Shown in pieces: positions 12,038 through 25,400 of a stretch of DNA of 64,000 nt. Source of the stretch: Lytechinus pictus. Its lineage: Eukaryota. Position numbers and translations under genes: made by a program. The stretch spans positions 13,828,001-13,892,000 of the forward strand of contig NC_087263.1 in NCBI RefSeq assembly GCF_037042905.1. Reading direction: 5' to 3'. Numbering within the stretch: position 1 is the first letter of the stretch; every line of letters starts with the position of its first letter. The notes below the pieces were generated by a model. It worked only from the letters and a program-made list of their open reading frames with translations. It was not told the origin of the DNA and did no database searches.

Positions 12038-13101
12038 TTGAGTCGAAGTCGGACACATATATACACTTCCTTGGCATTATATCGATGCCCGCCTCATCAC
12101 CATTAAATATCGAGGTTGCTGACAAATTACAAAGACCCCCCTCCCCCTCCTATCCTCTTATAACATCTTTATACTTACTAGAAAAACTGAGCCACTGGCT
12201 TTTGAAGTGACGATGATTATTGATCACTCAATTTGGACTCATACAAAACAATATTTTACACAAATTTCATTCTAAAAAGGGTAAAATTCACTCAACACGT
12301 GCATAAAAGTCACCCTATATTTAGTGAAATTTTAGTCACCACTGAATTTATATACGAGTGAATTATTCACTCGACGTTTTTAGAGTAAGCAATGATTTGC
12401 ATTGCAATTATGTGTTGCTAAATTGCTCTCAGTTGAACGTCATGCAAATTATGTTACTCAGAATCGGTGAACAGCTCTGTGATTAAAGATATACCATTGT
12501 AACTTGCCATGAATTTTAAACCGTCCAATAGGGTATAAACATCCAGGGGACATTCATTAGTAGTTTAAGGTCAAATATTTAAAAGTTGACTAATGAAAGC
12601 ATAAAAATAGAAAAACCTTGATGAACATGACGAAAGTTTGGCAAAACCCTTCAAACTGTGACTATTATCCTTTGAAAGAATAAACATTTTTTTTTTCTTC
12701 ATATTTTCGTCATATTTAAAGCGAGCAAATTCTCCACAATAATTGTATTGATGATTGCATAAAGGGACGACAATACAGGGGTAGAGGCGATTGCCCCTAT
12801 TTTCTTTATTAGTGAAACAAAAAATGGGAAAAAGTACGAAAGGGGCAAACAAGGATTTTAAAAATTCTAAAAGAAGGGAATTGGTCGTGTAAATATTTTG
12901 GTAAATTGAAATATCCCTTTTACTCAGGAAGTTTTACTCAATGTAAAAACAAATGACGTCACATTCAGGTACTATCCCTGATTTAATGACGTTTTCATCG
13001 CCATTTTTTTTTCACAAACGATGTTTTTAAAAAAAATGGGTGAAACTTACGTAAGCTGTTTAATATTTGTTTTGAAAATGATTGCACTGTTTGCACTATT
13101 G

Positions 13102-13107
13102 AATAAA
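13102..13107 (+). promoter_or_regulatory. Candidate polyadenylation signal of phnX
   Basis: AATAAA followed by T/GT-rich sequence, about 1.07 kb after the stop. Another AATAAA lies near 12679. Confidence 0.35.
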
Positions 13108-13280
13108 GTTTTTCCTTTTGTGAACCTGTAGGCCTAATTTCCAGTCAGTATTTATTGTCATATTACCACGATATTCTTACCCCCCCCCTCTCTCTCTCTC
13201 TCTCTCTTTCTCTCTTAAAATGTTTTTCTATACTAATTATTTCTCGATTTCTCGAATAGCGGGTTTTCGCAATCGCAACG

Positions 13281-13548
13281 GGGACGGAATCTACAACAAA
13301 TTAATAAAGGAAAAGTCTGTTTAAAATGCCCGTCAATGAACAGCTGAGAGGTCTTTGTCGAAAACTGGGGAACCGAGACAGCTGATCATTTGTAAAATTC
13401 TGAGCTGACGAAAAATTGCAAATAATTATATCGTTTGTCCAGAGTCCATGACGAAACTGTTGTTTTGATTCACCGATTTTCAACAAACACTGCTTAGTCA
13501 TGAAGGGCTTTGAAAACTGAGATTTCCTTTGTTGTAGAATCAGTCCCC
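13281..13548. mobile_element. Small TIR element; related sequence in the opposite orientation at about 9810-9985
   Basis: GGGACGGAATCTACAACAAA ... TTTGTTGTAGAATCAGTCCCC termini. Confidence 0.6.
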
Positions 13549-16109
13549 GTCGAGAATACGAGAACTCTCTATCAATAAGTGATTATTGAAACTTTACTTT
13601 TAAACAAAGCTTAAACATAACAAATACGTTTTATTATTCTTATTATCTCTCCGAGGGAAAAGTTTCTTTGGAGGGAAAAGTTTCTAATGTAATAGTTAGG
13701 AATAGCCTTGGTAACATAATGAGAGAATATTATTGTCCATAAGCTGCCCGATAAATTGTCAAGATCTACCCGGCCATCTAATTTATTAATTTGAGATTTA
13801 CATAGTCAGTGATCTGAGTCACCTATTTTTCAAACAGCCATGGCGACTTTTTCATTTTCTGTTCGACTTAGAACCTTCACCATTCAGTGAGGGATTTTTT
13901 CTATTTATTTTCCCCTCGGATCATTTCAAGGATATAGGACGCAAGAGCTTTTTTGAACAGCGCCATCTTAAAATTTACAATGATGAATAATTCCATTCCA
14001 TAATACCATGAAGCTATTATATTAGCTTCATGATAATACCAAGCCTATATTTAACTATCATGGATCCGAGTAGGATCTATACATGTAACTATTATACTTT
14101 TTTTTTATAAATTTATGTTTTTATTAACTATTATAAACTTTTGCATTCCTCAATGTAACATTTCTCTCCTAAAGATAATCAAAATAAAAATATAGCGTTT
14201 TTGTTGTGTTGAATTTTTGCATCCAAAAAGTGAAGTTTCATCGACAATAAATTATGGCGTCGTGAGGAGCAGAATAGAAATAACTTGGGATTCACGGGAA
14301 AACGCAGTTTGTGAGACCACATCGTTTATTAACCTTGCAAAATTGTTCGCACCAGGATTTTTAGGGGGGGCAAGCAGAGAGCAAAATATATAGAGCGGTA
14401 GGGAGGGGCAGAGGGCAGATTAATCTACAACTTCTTTTCTTCATATTTGTATATATAGGGGGGGGGGAGCCCTGCCCCCTCTTGGTGCTGCCAATGTACC
14501 CTTTTAACCACTAGCGTACCTATGGGGGGGGCAGACTGCCCCCCCTGACGAGTCACAACCCATGCAAGGGACATATCCCTGCCCCCCCCCCCCTGACGAT
14601 ATAGAAGACTTTTTTTTTTTTTTTTTTTTTGCTTGTCAAATTTTTTTCTGGTACGAAATCCTTTATTTTTAGTTGAAGACCTTTTTGCATGGCAGATCGG
14701 GTGAGGCGTAATTTCTTTTTAATTTCGCTTGACCTATAAAGTTACCCTATTGAAAGAAATTGGCATTGTCTAGTATAGTGGCAATGGATGCCCCAATCCC
14801 CCGCCCCTGGATTTTTATTATTACTTTTTTTTAATTTAGGTGGCTGTCGCAAAAGGAACTTTTATTGTTATACAAAATAAAGTCATGTAAAACTGTACAA
14901 TTCCTTGAGCCTCCACAATATTGCAACAATAGGAAAGAGGGAGGGGAAGAAGAAGTTTGTGTTAACTGTTTGGGTGGGGGGGGGGGCTGGCTAAATGAAT
15001 AAATTATAAGGCATATTAAAAAAAACAGAAATTAGCTAGCTGCCTCCACACAAAAAAAGAACGTTGAGGGCGTAAGTCGAAAAATAGTTTTAGTTTGTTT
15101 ATCAACAAAGTAGCATGGTGGATGGACAACCGCTACGCTGAATTCCCGGTAAATTATTTCCAGTTATGTGAATATAGTCGCTATTTGTGCGCTTTTATAC
15201 GAATAATTATTGATACTCAACTGCTCTCGAATTATCATCTGCAATTTCAATGTTTGGTAAGTATCATTATGTTGTTAAATTGGCGTGGTGTGTCACTGAA
15301 TTTGTCGATGAATGAACAAGTATTACTATTGCATTGCAGGAGTGTGGCAGATACGCCGGGCGCCCGGCCTCGCCGCGCCGTACGGTCTGCACTGCACTTG
15401 CGCCCGACATGCATAGGGGGTGTTGCAAGAAAATATTTGCGATCAATTGCAAATATTCTTATGCAATTTTACAACTGATAGATCAACGTTGTTTATAGCA
15501 AATCAGATTAAACTTTTTGTTTCAAGGAGCAGATTACCAATCAATTTGCAGTTAACTGCAAGACTAGTAATAATGTCTGATAAAAATTAGACAGCTGGCA
15601 GCCGTCTGTTTCGAGGAGTTTAATTATGGCTCGCTATCATGCAGCCACCATTAGGGCCTAGGGGGTTAACAATGAATCCCCCTGACAGGGCTCATCGATT
15701 TTTGTCTTTATTTCATAAAAATATATAAAAAGAACTGTACCAAAAACCCAAAATAAAGATTATTATTACGTTTTGGCCTGAAAATGAAATGCACCAAAAC
15801 GGGGAAAAAACAGTGTCTTAGTCTTACTTCGGCTGTTGCGCAACTTCACTTCCTTGTTTTATCCGAACTTACTACATAAACATATGGCCATTGAGTCCCT
15901 GTACAGATTGAGATAGAACTTCGGTCTCTGTATTTGGTGAGTGGAGCCAACGGAGTTCAGCAGAACAGCCAACATATTATTAAACAGAGACCAAAGCTTT
16001 TGGTCTAGATAAAAATATGCCGGGGGGGGGGGGGGGACCAAATAGACTTGCAATTGATCGCAAGTTTCTTGCAACACCCACCTTACGGCGCCAGCTCGGA
16101 CGAGGATCT

Positions 16110-16258
16110 GGGGCCCGTTGCAGAAAGAGTTGCGATCAAGCGCAACTCAAAAAATCTTGCGCAACTTGATTTTCAGCCAATGAAGCACCCGTATTCGAGA
16201 CTTGCACTTGATAATTTGACTTGCGTTTAATAATCGCAACTCTTTCTGCCGCAGGCCT
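16110..16258. mobile_element. Palindromic MITE (GGGGCCCGTTGCAGAAAGAGTTGCGAT); related copy at about 61245-61480
   Basis: Inverted termini ...ATCGCAACTCTTTCTGCCGCAGGCC. Confidence 0.65.
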
Positions 16259-16496
16259 CAGGACGGTCAGGTCTGTCCTATCCTGTCTAAATAATGTGCG
16301 GTTACCCTCTTTTCCTAACAGTTAACATAGCTTTTACAGAGTAATATTCAGATATGTCAGACACTTATTTCTTGAGCCTTAAGTTATCCTGAAATTTGTC
16401 ACCTCTCTTCTCTTGTGTGTTGGTGTGTGTGCGCTTGTTGTGTATAAAGTCAGTGGGAGAAGAAAGAAGTCACCGCCGCTGACTTAAACCAGGATA

Positions 16497-19400
16497 ATGC
16501 CGACTAAACTAGCTAGCTACATGTAAGTAACGGTCGGTAGTGTTACCGTTATGTTAGGCTTAGCTCTTTTTTGTCTTGTTTTAAAGGGATGGTCCAGGCT
16601 GAAAATATTTATATCTAAATAAATATAGTAAAATTCACAGAGCAAAATGCTGAAAATTTCAACAAACTCGGCTAACAAATAACAAAGTTATTGAATTTCA
16701 AAGTTTATCAATAATTTGTGAAAACAGTTATATGCACATCGTCATGAATATTCATTAGGTGGGCTGATGATGTCACATCCCCACTTCCTCCTTTTTCTTA
16801 TGTAATTACATGAAATCATAAATGTTTTATATTTTCATACATGTGTAAATGATGTGTGTCTCCATTATGATGAAATAAGTTGCGGCAATAAATAAATAAT
16901 GCACTTAATCAGTTGTCAATCAAATAGTTCTTGGTAGAAATATTTTGAATAAACCTAATTTCATATAATAACAAGTGAGGATATCACATCACCAGCCCAC
17001 CTATTGAATATTCATAAAGACATGCCTAGAACTGTTTCACCGGAATAACAAAAATCTTTAAAATTCAATAACTTTGTTATTTGTGATCAGATTTTGATCA
17101 AATTTTCAGCATTTAGCTTTGTTAATTTCACTCTATTTATTGAGATATAAATATCTCCAGCCTGGACCATCCCTTTTAATTAAGTTTACTTTAAAACATG
17201 TAGGCCTATCATGGTGCATTTTGCAAATGCAAAGCCAAAGCCAAACAAAGGGAAAACTAAATCTGTAACATTGGATTTAGATGGAACTTCTAATTGATAA
17301 ATGTTACATGTTGATTACGGTACCTCGAATTATGTTCCTGTATGTACACTACACTACACGAACCCTCAGGGTGAAGCCTTTGAAATTTGATCGTCGCTTT
17401 ACAAAATAGGGATCTTGATGCAAAAAATGATGTCTGTACGAGGCATCTTATATTGTACTCGAACGATTAGACCAAAATAAGCTTCAGTCTGTGTACATTT
17501 GTTTTCCTGCTTAAAGGAGAATGAAACTCTTGGAGCAACTTAGCTTTTGTGAAAGCAGAAAAATCAAAGAATAAGATCAACAAAAGTTTGAGTAAAATAG
17601 GACTAGCAATAGAAGAGTTATGAGCATTTGAATGTCGAGATCACTAATGCTATGGAGATCCTCCCATTGGCAATGCGACCAAGATCTATGATGTCACAGA
17701 TGAACAACTCTCCCCTTTTGGACACTGAAAATATACCCCAAAACATCTCTTTTTGCTCATTCTAATCATATGACGAACGATTCATCAATGATATAATGTT
17801 GTGAAACCTCTGTACTTGTCCTCTCATAAAGAGAACACTTCACCTTGTGATAGACTCTATAAAAGTGAGAATATAAGTGAAATATTAAACTTTGTACTAA
17901 AGTAATGAGGGAGTTGTACGTGTGTGACATCACAGATCTTGGTCGCATTGCCAATAGGAGGATCTACATGGCATTAGTGATCTCAATATTCCAATGCTCA
18001 TAACTTTCTTATTATTCATTCAATCTTCCTCAAACTTTCAACAATATGTTTCTTTGATTTTTCTCTTTGATATGGATTCAGCTGGTTTCAAGGGTTTCAT
18101 TCTCCTTTAACGACAGTACATGTATGTTGGCTATACATCGCATTCACAATCGTAACTATCACCGCAGCTGCATTTAGTTTTAGCCTGCAAAAAAAATGAG
18201 AAGGGAGAAATACATGTATTGTCGTGGGGGAAAGAAGGGAGCTGGAACAGTGGAAGTGAAGACAAAAAAAAAATTAGTGAGAGGGGGGGAGAAGAAGAAA
18301 CTCTGACGGAAATCAGACTAAAAAATGAAGAAAAGAAATAGAATTAAATCTTTCTATTACAGTATATGATAAAAAAAAACATGCCAAACACTTTATGACC
18401 TTATAATTTTATGAAAGATTTAATTAATAACATAAGACATATATGTTAACAAGTATGCTAATATGGTCTTTGTTATTAATTAAAAATCATAACTTTGTTA
18501 TCAGCCTTTTACCAATATTCAACCACTGATATAATATCATTAATCTAAATTTACTTTACCTTTTCTTCTAAAATTTTGAAAAATAACCCTAATTAGAATT
18601 ACATAGAAATCCTATGTATAAAGTGTGGTGTGTCCCGTATGTCACACATTTGTCCCGTACGTCACAAAGCTTAATTAGCTGATATAATTAAACATGAAAT
18701 TAATTCAGTAAATTCACTTCAATTTTTGGATGTATAGTAATATAAATTAGAACTCTCCATAGTGTGAAGAAAACTATTCAACTTTTCCTTTATAATTACA
18801 ATCTAAAAAAACATATATGCTAAATTGTGACGTACGGGACACTGCCTATTGGACACCAGATAATGAACTTGATTAATTACTTTTCAAAATCATTTTTTTT
18901 CTCAAATGTTTGCATTAACTGAGCACTACAAGTCCCCACAGAAATATTTGCAAATATATAATTTGCATTATCTGCAGATCAAAAATTATGATGTCCCGTA
19001 TGTCACGCTAATTAATGATTTCTTGGAATCGTGACCTTGGCATTCATTAACTTTACGTTTTCAGAAGAAAAAAATATAGGGCAAAAAACTTCAGGGTAGA
19101 AGCTTTAAAATGATATACAATATGTTAGATTTAGGCAAAGATTTAATTTTGGCTTCAGAGGGGACAATAGCTTGGACTTGCCCGTAAATAAATTGTATTA
19201 AATTTACCTGACTAGAGTGTATTTTTTATCATCTCTTTACAATGGGCCATATTTGTCATTAATTCTGTAATCTGATTTGTAAATTTGTTTGTGTGACAAA
19301 CCTTTATTTACAAATGTACCTATTTCACTTTAAAAGTCACAAAGATCAAACAGGTATGAGCCCGTAAATACATGTACATGCACCTGTTTGTTGTACATGT

Positions 19401-22400
19401 AATAGTTGTTGTTGTTTTAATACATGTTTTCATTGTTATGCGCATGCCCAGTGCTGATTTCAAAATGAGACCGTATTACTGTACGTGCGTATTCAAGCAT
19501 CGTGCTGCGCACTTCTTTTGCACATTAATTTCAATGGCAAAATGCACATTCTTTTTACTGTAATCATTGTGATGTCATGAATGACTTCCTTTCAAAATCA
19601 CTCAAAATGCAGAGTTTTGCATCTTTTTTAGATCTATTCTATTGATATCCCCTACTCTGCAATAATATAAGGATACACTTATAAAGGACAAGTCCACCCC
19701 AACAAAAAGTTGATTTGAATAAAAAGAGAAAAATCCAACAAGCATAAGACTGAAAAGTTCATCAAAATTGGATGTAAAATAAAAAGTTATGACATTTTTA
19801 AGTTTCGCTTAATTTCACAAAACAGTACATCCCGGTTGGTATGCAAATTAGGGAACTGATGACATCACTTACATGTACATGTACATGTACTCACTATTTC
19901 TTTTGTATATTTTTATTATATGAAATATTCTAATTTACTCATTGTCTTGTAAAACAAAGATTTATTTCTCCCTTAACATTGTTGATATTTTATGGTTTAG
20001 TCAAGTTGGTCCTTATTGTCAAATCTGAAAAAAAAAGAAATAAAGTATAATTCAAACAATAAAAAACAAAAGAAATAGTGAGTGAGGGACATCATTGATT
20101 CTCTCATTTGCATGTGATATTGCATATAACTATTTTTTTTAATTTTACATCCGATTTTTCCATGAAATTTTAAGCAGTATGCTTGTCTGATTTTTTTCTA
20201 TTGATTCAAATCAACATTTTTCTGATGTGGACTTGACCTTTAAAGAGATAAAATTGTTACACCTTGCTTGTAAAGATCTACATGTAATAATGTGTATTTT
20301 GTTGGAAATAATACAGTAGGCCTACATTCACTTTGACTTTACATGTATAACAATTTTGCTTCACTTTATGATTAAATTAGGTGAAATGAAATTATGAAAT
20401 ATAAAAGTGAAATAGTGAATGTACAGTATGTTTTATTTCAATGCTGTGAGACTGCTGTATAATTTTTTTAAATATATTAAACCTGTAGTCTAGACATTTC
20501 AAAATCAATTTGAGAAGATTTTTAAATTCATTTATTCAAAATCAAGACCCAGATTATCTATGGAATTATTCATTTAACTTTCGATGCATTCAAGTCACGT
20601 AGATGTAGGTATAGGTCATTAATGTTGGCCGTAATGTTTACTGGGGAAAACCAGAAAGGGTAATACCCCTGGCAAGGGACCAATTATTGAAAGGATATGT
20701 AGAAAGACACTTTATCTCTTCCAAACGTAGATGCGGGTTGTGTTGCATTGTGATCAAAAGGACATTTCATCCACTTCTCCTATGTGCTACTTTTGTGATA
20801 GTACATATATGTACCACCTTTTTGTGTACTCTCACTTTTTAAAGTTGGGTTTAATTTCTTCTGGATAATTGTCTCTTTTATATATTTGTCTGCATCCACA
20901 TGTTTTGAGCTGCATGATGATGCCAATACTGGTAAAAGTCATGTTGGTGATCAGTGGGGATGATGATGATGATGATGATGATGATGGTGATGGTGATGAT
21001 GATGATGATGATGAAAAGTCATGTTGGTGATCAGTGGGGATGATGATGATGAAAAGTCATGGTGGTGATCAGTGGGGATGATGATGATGATGGTGGTGGT
21101 GGTGGTGGTGGTGGTGATGATGATCTGATGATGAGAATGTTGATAATGATTTATAGCAAGAATGGTATAATATTTTTGTGATGCATTATGATAATTATGA
21201 TGCTTAGAAATATATTGACAATGATATCAAATAGCACTTCAAAAGAATATGTACTACATGTTGTCATCATGTACATGTACTGTTGATTGTCTATAAACTC
21301 ATCTTCCATTTTTCATTTCAGTTTCCAAGATGTGAAACTTCATCAGCCACCCTCCCTCTCTCTCAACCTCCTTGCATCAAGAACATCCGACATATATCCC
21401 AAGACAAGCCCCACCCATGTTGATATCGTCATGGTACACGTAACCGATTCCTACTCGTTCCTTGCCGGTCGCACCGATCCCCTGTCCTCCGTTATAGAGG
21501 ATGTCTTGGTTGCCGTGACAACACATAACCAAACCCCGCCTGTGGATGTTGTACTACGAGGGTGTCTCTGTAATTTCGACCCTCTAGCTTGCATCAGGTG
21601 GGTTGAAATCAGACAATTTTTTTTTTTTTTTTTGGGGGGGGGGCTTTATACAACCTACTGCCGCCATGTAAATCTGCAACATTCGGTATTAAGAGGGGAG
21701 GTTAGCAGTCAAGGTTTCTAGCTTATCTAGCTTGGCTCCTACATGTAGCTGACCAGGCTCCCTTTGGGGATGACAACCCTAGCTTGCATCAGTAGGGGCT
21801 GTGAAGGGAGAACCCTGTTTCAGTCCCAGGGGCAAGTGGCTTCGGCCCCTGGTTATATCTGGTTTGGGTTGACTGCCCATTCCATCTAATTACTATTGTC
21901 ACATTATTTAATTATGGTTTATTATGTTACAGTCATGGGCCACTTTTCATCTTTTTATGATGGCAACATCAGGCCCAAAGAACAGTCTAAAAAAATCAAA
22001 AAAATCTTTTATAAATATTGCATTGAATATGGTTTCCAAAGCATTTTTTTTTTCATTTTTGAGGGCTCTTTTTACAACCTTCAACTGCCTAAATCTGTAA
22101 TATTGGATAAGATACATGTAAATGTACATTGTAACAGTGCAATGAATGAGTTTTTTCCAAGGCTCTTTTTTTTTATTTTCTCTCACTCTGTTAACAACCT
22201 TCTAGAACAGGAAGAGCTAAAGACCTAATCTTTGAAAATATTAAATTAGTATTCTTATTAACTATTTCATTATAATTTCAAATTACAATTGTACATTACA
22301 TTGTAATTTCAAATTATTTAATATCATATTTCCAGTGCAATATACATGGTGAAAGTGTATTAAACAAATCTGTCTCATTTGCATGACATATTTCATTTTA

Positions 22401-25400
22401 ATATTTGTGTTGTGTAAACTCAAAGCAAAACTTTACTTTTATTTCAATGCTGATCTGATGAAATTTTTGTTGATAAGCTTTTTATTATACATGGGGAAAT
22501 GTAATCTTCTTGTTGAGATGGACATGCCTTTAATAGTTTTCAAACAAAAAAAATCTGAACTTTGAGCTTCAAACAGAGTGTAAACTGTAAACTCAATTCT
22601 TAATTGCCTTTAATTACTTTTGCTGTACATATATAAAATACATACCATATACTATTCATTGATGCATCATACTTAGAGATAGAGAGAGGAAATGAAACAT
22701 TCTTGACATTCAGGACAGTTTTTAATAACGAAAATCCCCCTAATCCTTTGGGCCTTTGAAGTGACCTAAAAATATATGTTTTCCCTCCCAATGCTGACAG
22801 GATATGGTTGTTTCCAATACGAATTCCACTGCATACATTGGTGCTGAAACGTATTTTAGTGTTCAAGTTCAGATATTTAATTGTGAAGGCCGGTGATAAA
22901 ATATTACATTCATTGTAAAGGTTTGTTTCTCTGAGCTTGCTGACATTTTAGTGTTGTTGTCTACATTCAACACTCAGCATGGAAAAGTGCATTTTGTGGT
23001 GGGGTTCACTATTAAAATTTGCACACAACTGTAGATGTTTTAAGAGTCTTTTTTTCAATTGTTTTGTACGACTTTTACAACAGTAGGTCTTTGGCTGATT
23101 ACATGTAGGTTTAATTTTCCTGAAAGTAAAATCTTGTGTTACCACAGTATTGTTTGGAGAAATTCAACTTTATATGTTCATGCATTGGCAGATCCAGGGG
23201 GGGGGGGGGCAAAATCGGCCTGTCCCCCCTCCCTCCTTTTGAGAGGCACAATTAAAATTTTTAATGTAAAAATGCTGTTAAAACTGAAGTGTGCCCCCCC
23301 CCCCTTTCAAAGTGAAGACCTTTTTTTTTGCTTGTCAAACTTTTTCGTGGACGAAATGTCCTTAATTTTTGGTCAAAAACCTTTTTATCCTTTTATACTT
23401 TGTTCTTTCTTTCCTTCCTACATGTACTTGTACCTTCTCTTCTTCCTTTTCCTATCCTTTATTTTTGAATTTCTTATTCTCCCTTTTTCACCCTTTTTTC
23501 TTTCTCTCTTTCCTTCTTATTCTATCCATCCCTTTCTATTAATCTTCTTTCATTACTTCTCCCTTTTACTCCTTCCCTCCCTCTCTCTAATAATGATAAT
23601 AATAATAACGGCATATTTTCCCAGGGTAGCCACTTCACTTCCGAAAACTGTTCTCCCAGGGGGCCCTGCTATCATTATTACCCCGGCTTTAGCACGGCTA
23701 CCTTGATCGGCATTCAAGGAATTTCTTCCTACCAGGTACCCATTCACCTCACCTGGGTCGAGTGCGGCACAGTGTGGATAAATTTCTTGCCGAAGGAAAT
23801 TACGCCATGGCTGGGATTTGAACCCACGGCCCTCTGTTTCAAAGTCCGGAGACTAATCCACTGGGCCACAACACTCTGTACATGTACACTTCTTTCTTTT
23901 TTGTTCTTTATTTATACAGAAACGGAATCCTTTCACTATTTGTGGTAGTACTTGGCCTACTCTGTCTAGTAAGGGTAAGTACATTATGTTGTTTAGATGG
24001 TCCAGGGAATAATTTTGCTTTACAAATTAATTTGAATATAGCATTTTTGGTCATGAGCGAAAAGCTCTCAACTAAGTAATGCACAGTCCTATGTACAAAT
24101 ATGCTATACAAAAAACTTTATGCATAGCAGTCTTTCAAAAATGTGGAGCAAATTGCGATTGCGATACCAGGAAAATTATTCCATGTGGTTATAGACGTAC
24201 AGTCTAACCCAGCGTAGGAATTACATGTACGATAAAATAGGAAATGAATTAATGAAATAAATTGATTTTAAAAAAAATGTAAATAATAAACTTAAAGGAA
24301 AAGAATGAAGAAATTAAAACTATATATTAAGATTAGAATAAAATATGAATAATAAAAGAAATAAATGTTTTTTTTATCTGTACCATAACTACAGAACACC
24401 CATTTGCATTGAATACATGTAGTTCATCAAAAACCTCGCAAAGTTCATTTAGCAGAAATATAAAGAAGTTGAAGGATAATTACTCCAGTTTATAATTGAC
24501 TTAGTTATTGAAGCTGAATAATTTATGTTTACACATTGGGTAATGACCTTTGTGGATGTGTGGGTATTTGCTCAGTAAATATATAAATTTATTATTTTTC
24601 TTGTATGTAGGTGAGAGTGCAATATCAATACAAGTGCTATTTTATCCCTATCCTTTTATTTACATATTTAATTTAGATTGCAATATTCTGCTAAAAGCTT
24701 TGAATGTACTAGAAACATGTCCTTTCCCCTTGCTTTGTAAATGAAAATACATGGGATTTATATCTACCATCTCTTCCATTTTGATTAAATGCTCAAGGCA
24801 AAGCAACAAAAACAAAAAGTAAAGATAAGAACAAAACAAAAGCACATTACAATAGAGGGAAATGTCTGTCTTCACACATATATATGCTTTTCACACTGCA
24901 CTTTTTTCCCTTAACCCCAGGAAATTGGTGGGGCTAAGGGGGGGTCTTAGCCCCACCAATTTCCCGGGGTTAAGCTTAGCCCACTTCGTTTTCACACTAC
25001 GTTTTAGCAAAGTGGGCTAGCACGGTAAATAGTACGGTACTATCTGGCCCTGCAAAAAAGCAGGGTTAGCCGGCTTATTGTGGTGCTATCACCACAATTG
25101 CGGTGCTAAGAGATGCAGTGTGAAACGAAACAGGGCTAAGCATTAGCCAATCACAGGAGTCGAAATTGCACGTTAATCGCGCGCTGTATGGTAAAATCAT
25201 CAATATTTATGAGCTGTGTGATTGCCCGGGGTTAAGGCGTTAACCCCGGCTAAGTAAATAGTACGGGGTTAAAAAAGACAGTGTGAATAAAAAAAAAGAT
25301 AGTATGGGGTTAAGGATAGTCCGGGGTTAAGGGTAGTATGGGGTTAAGGAAATTCAGTGTGAAAAGCATACTAGTAACTAATGGTGAACAAATGCAATTT

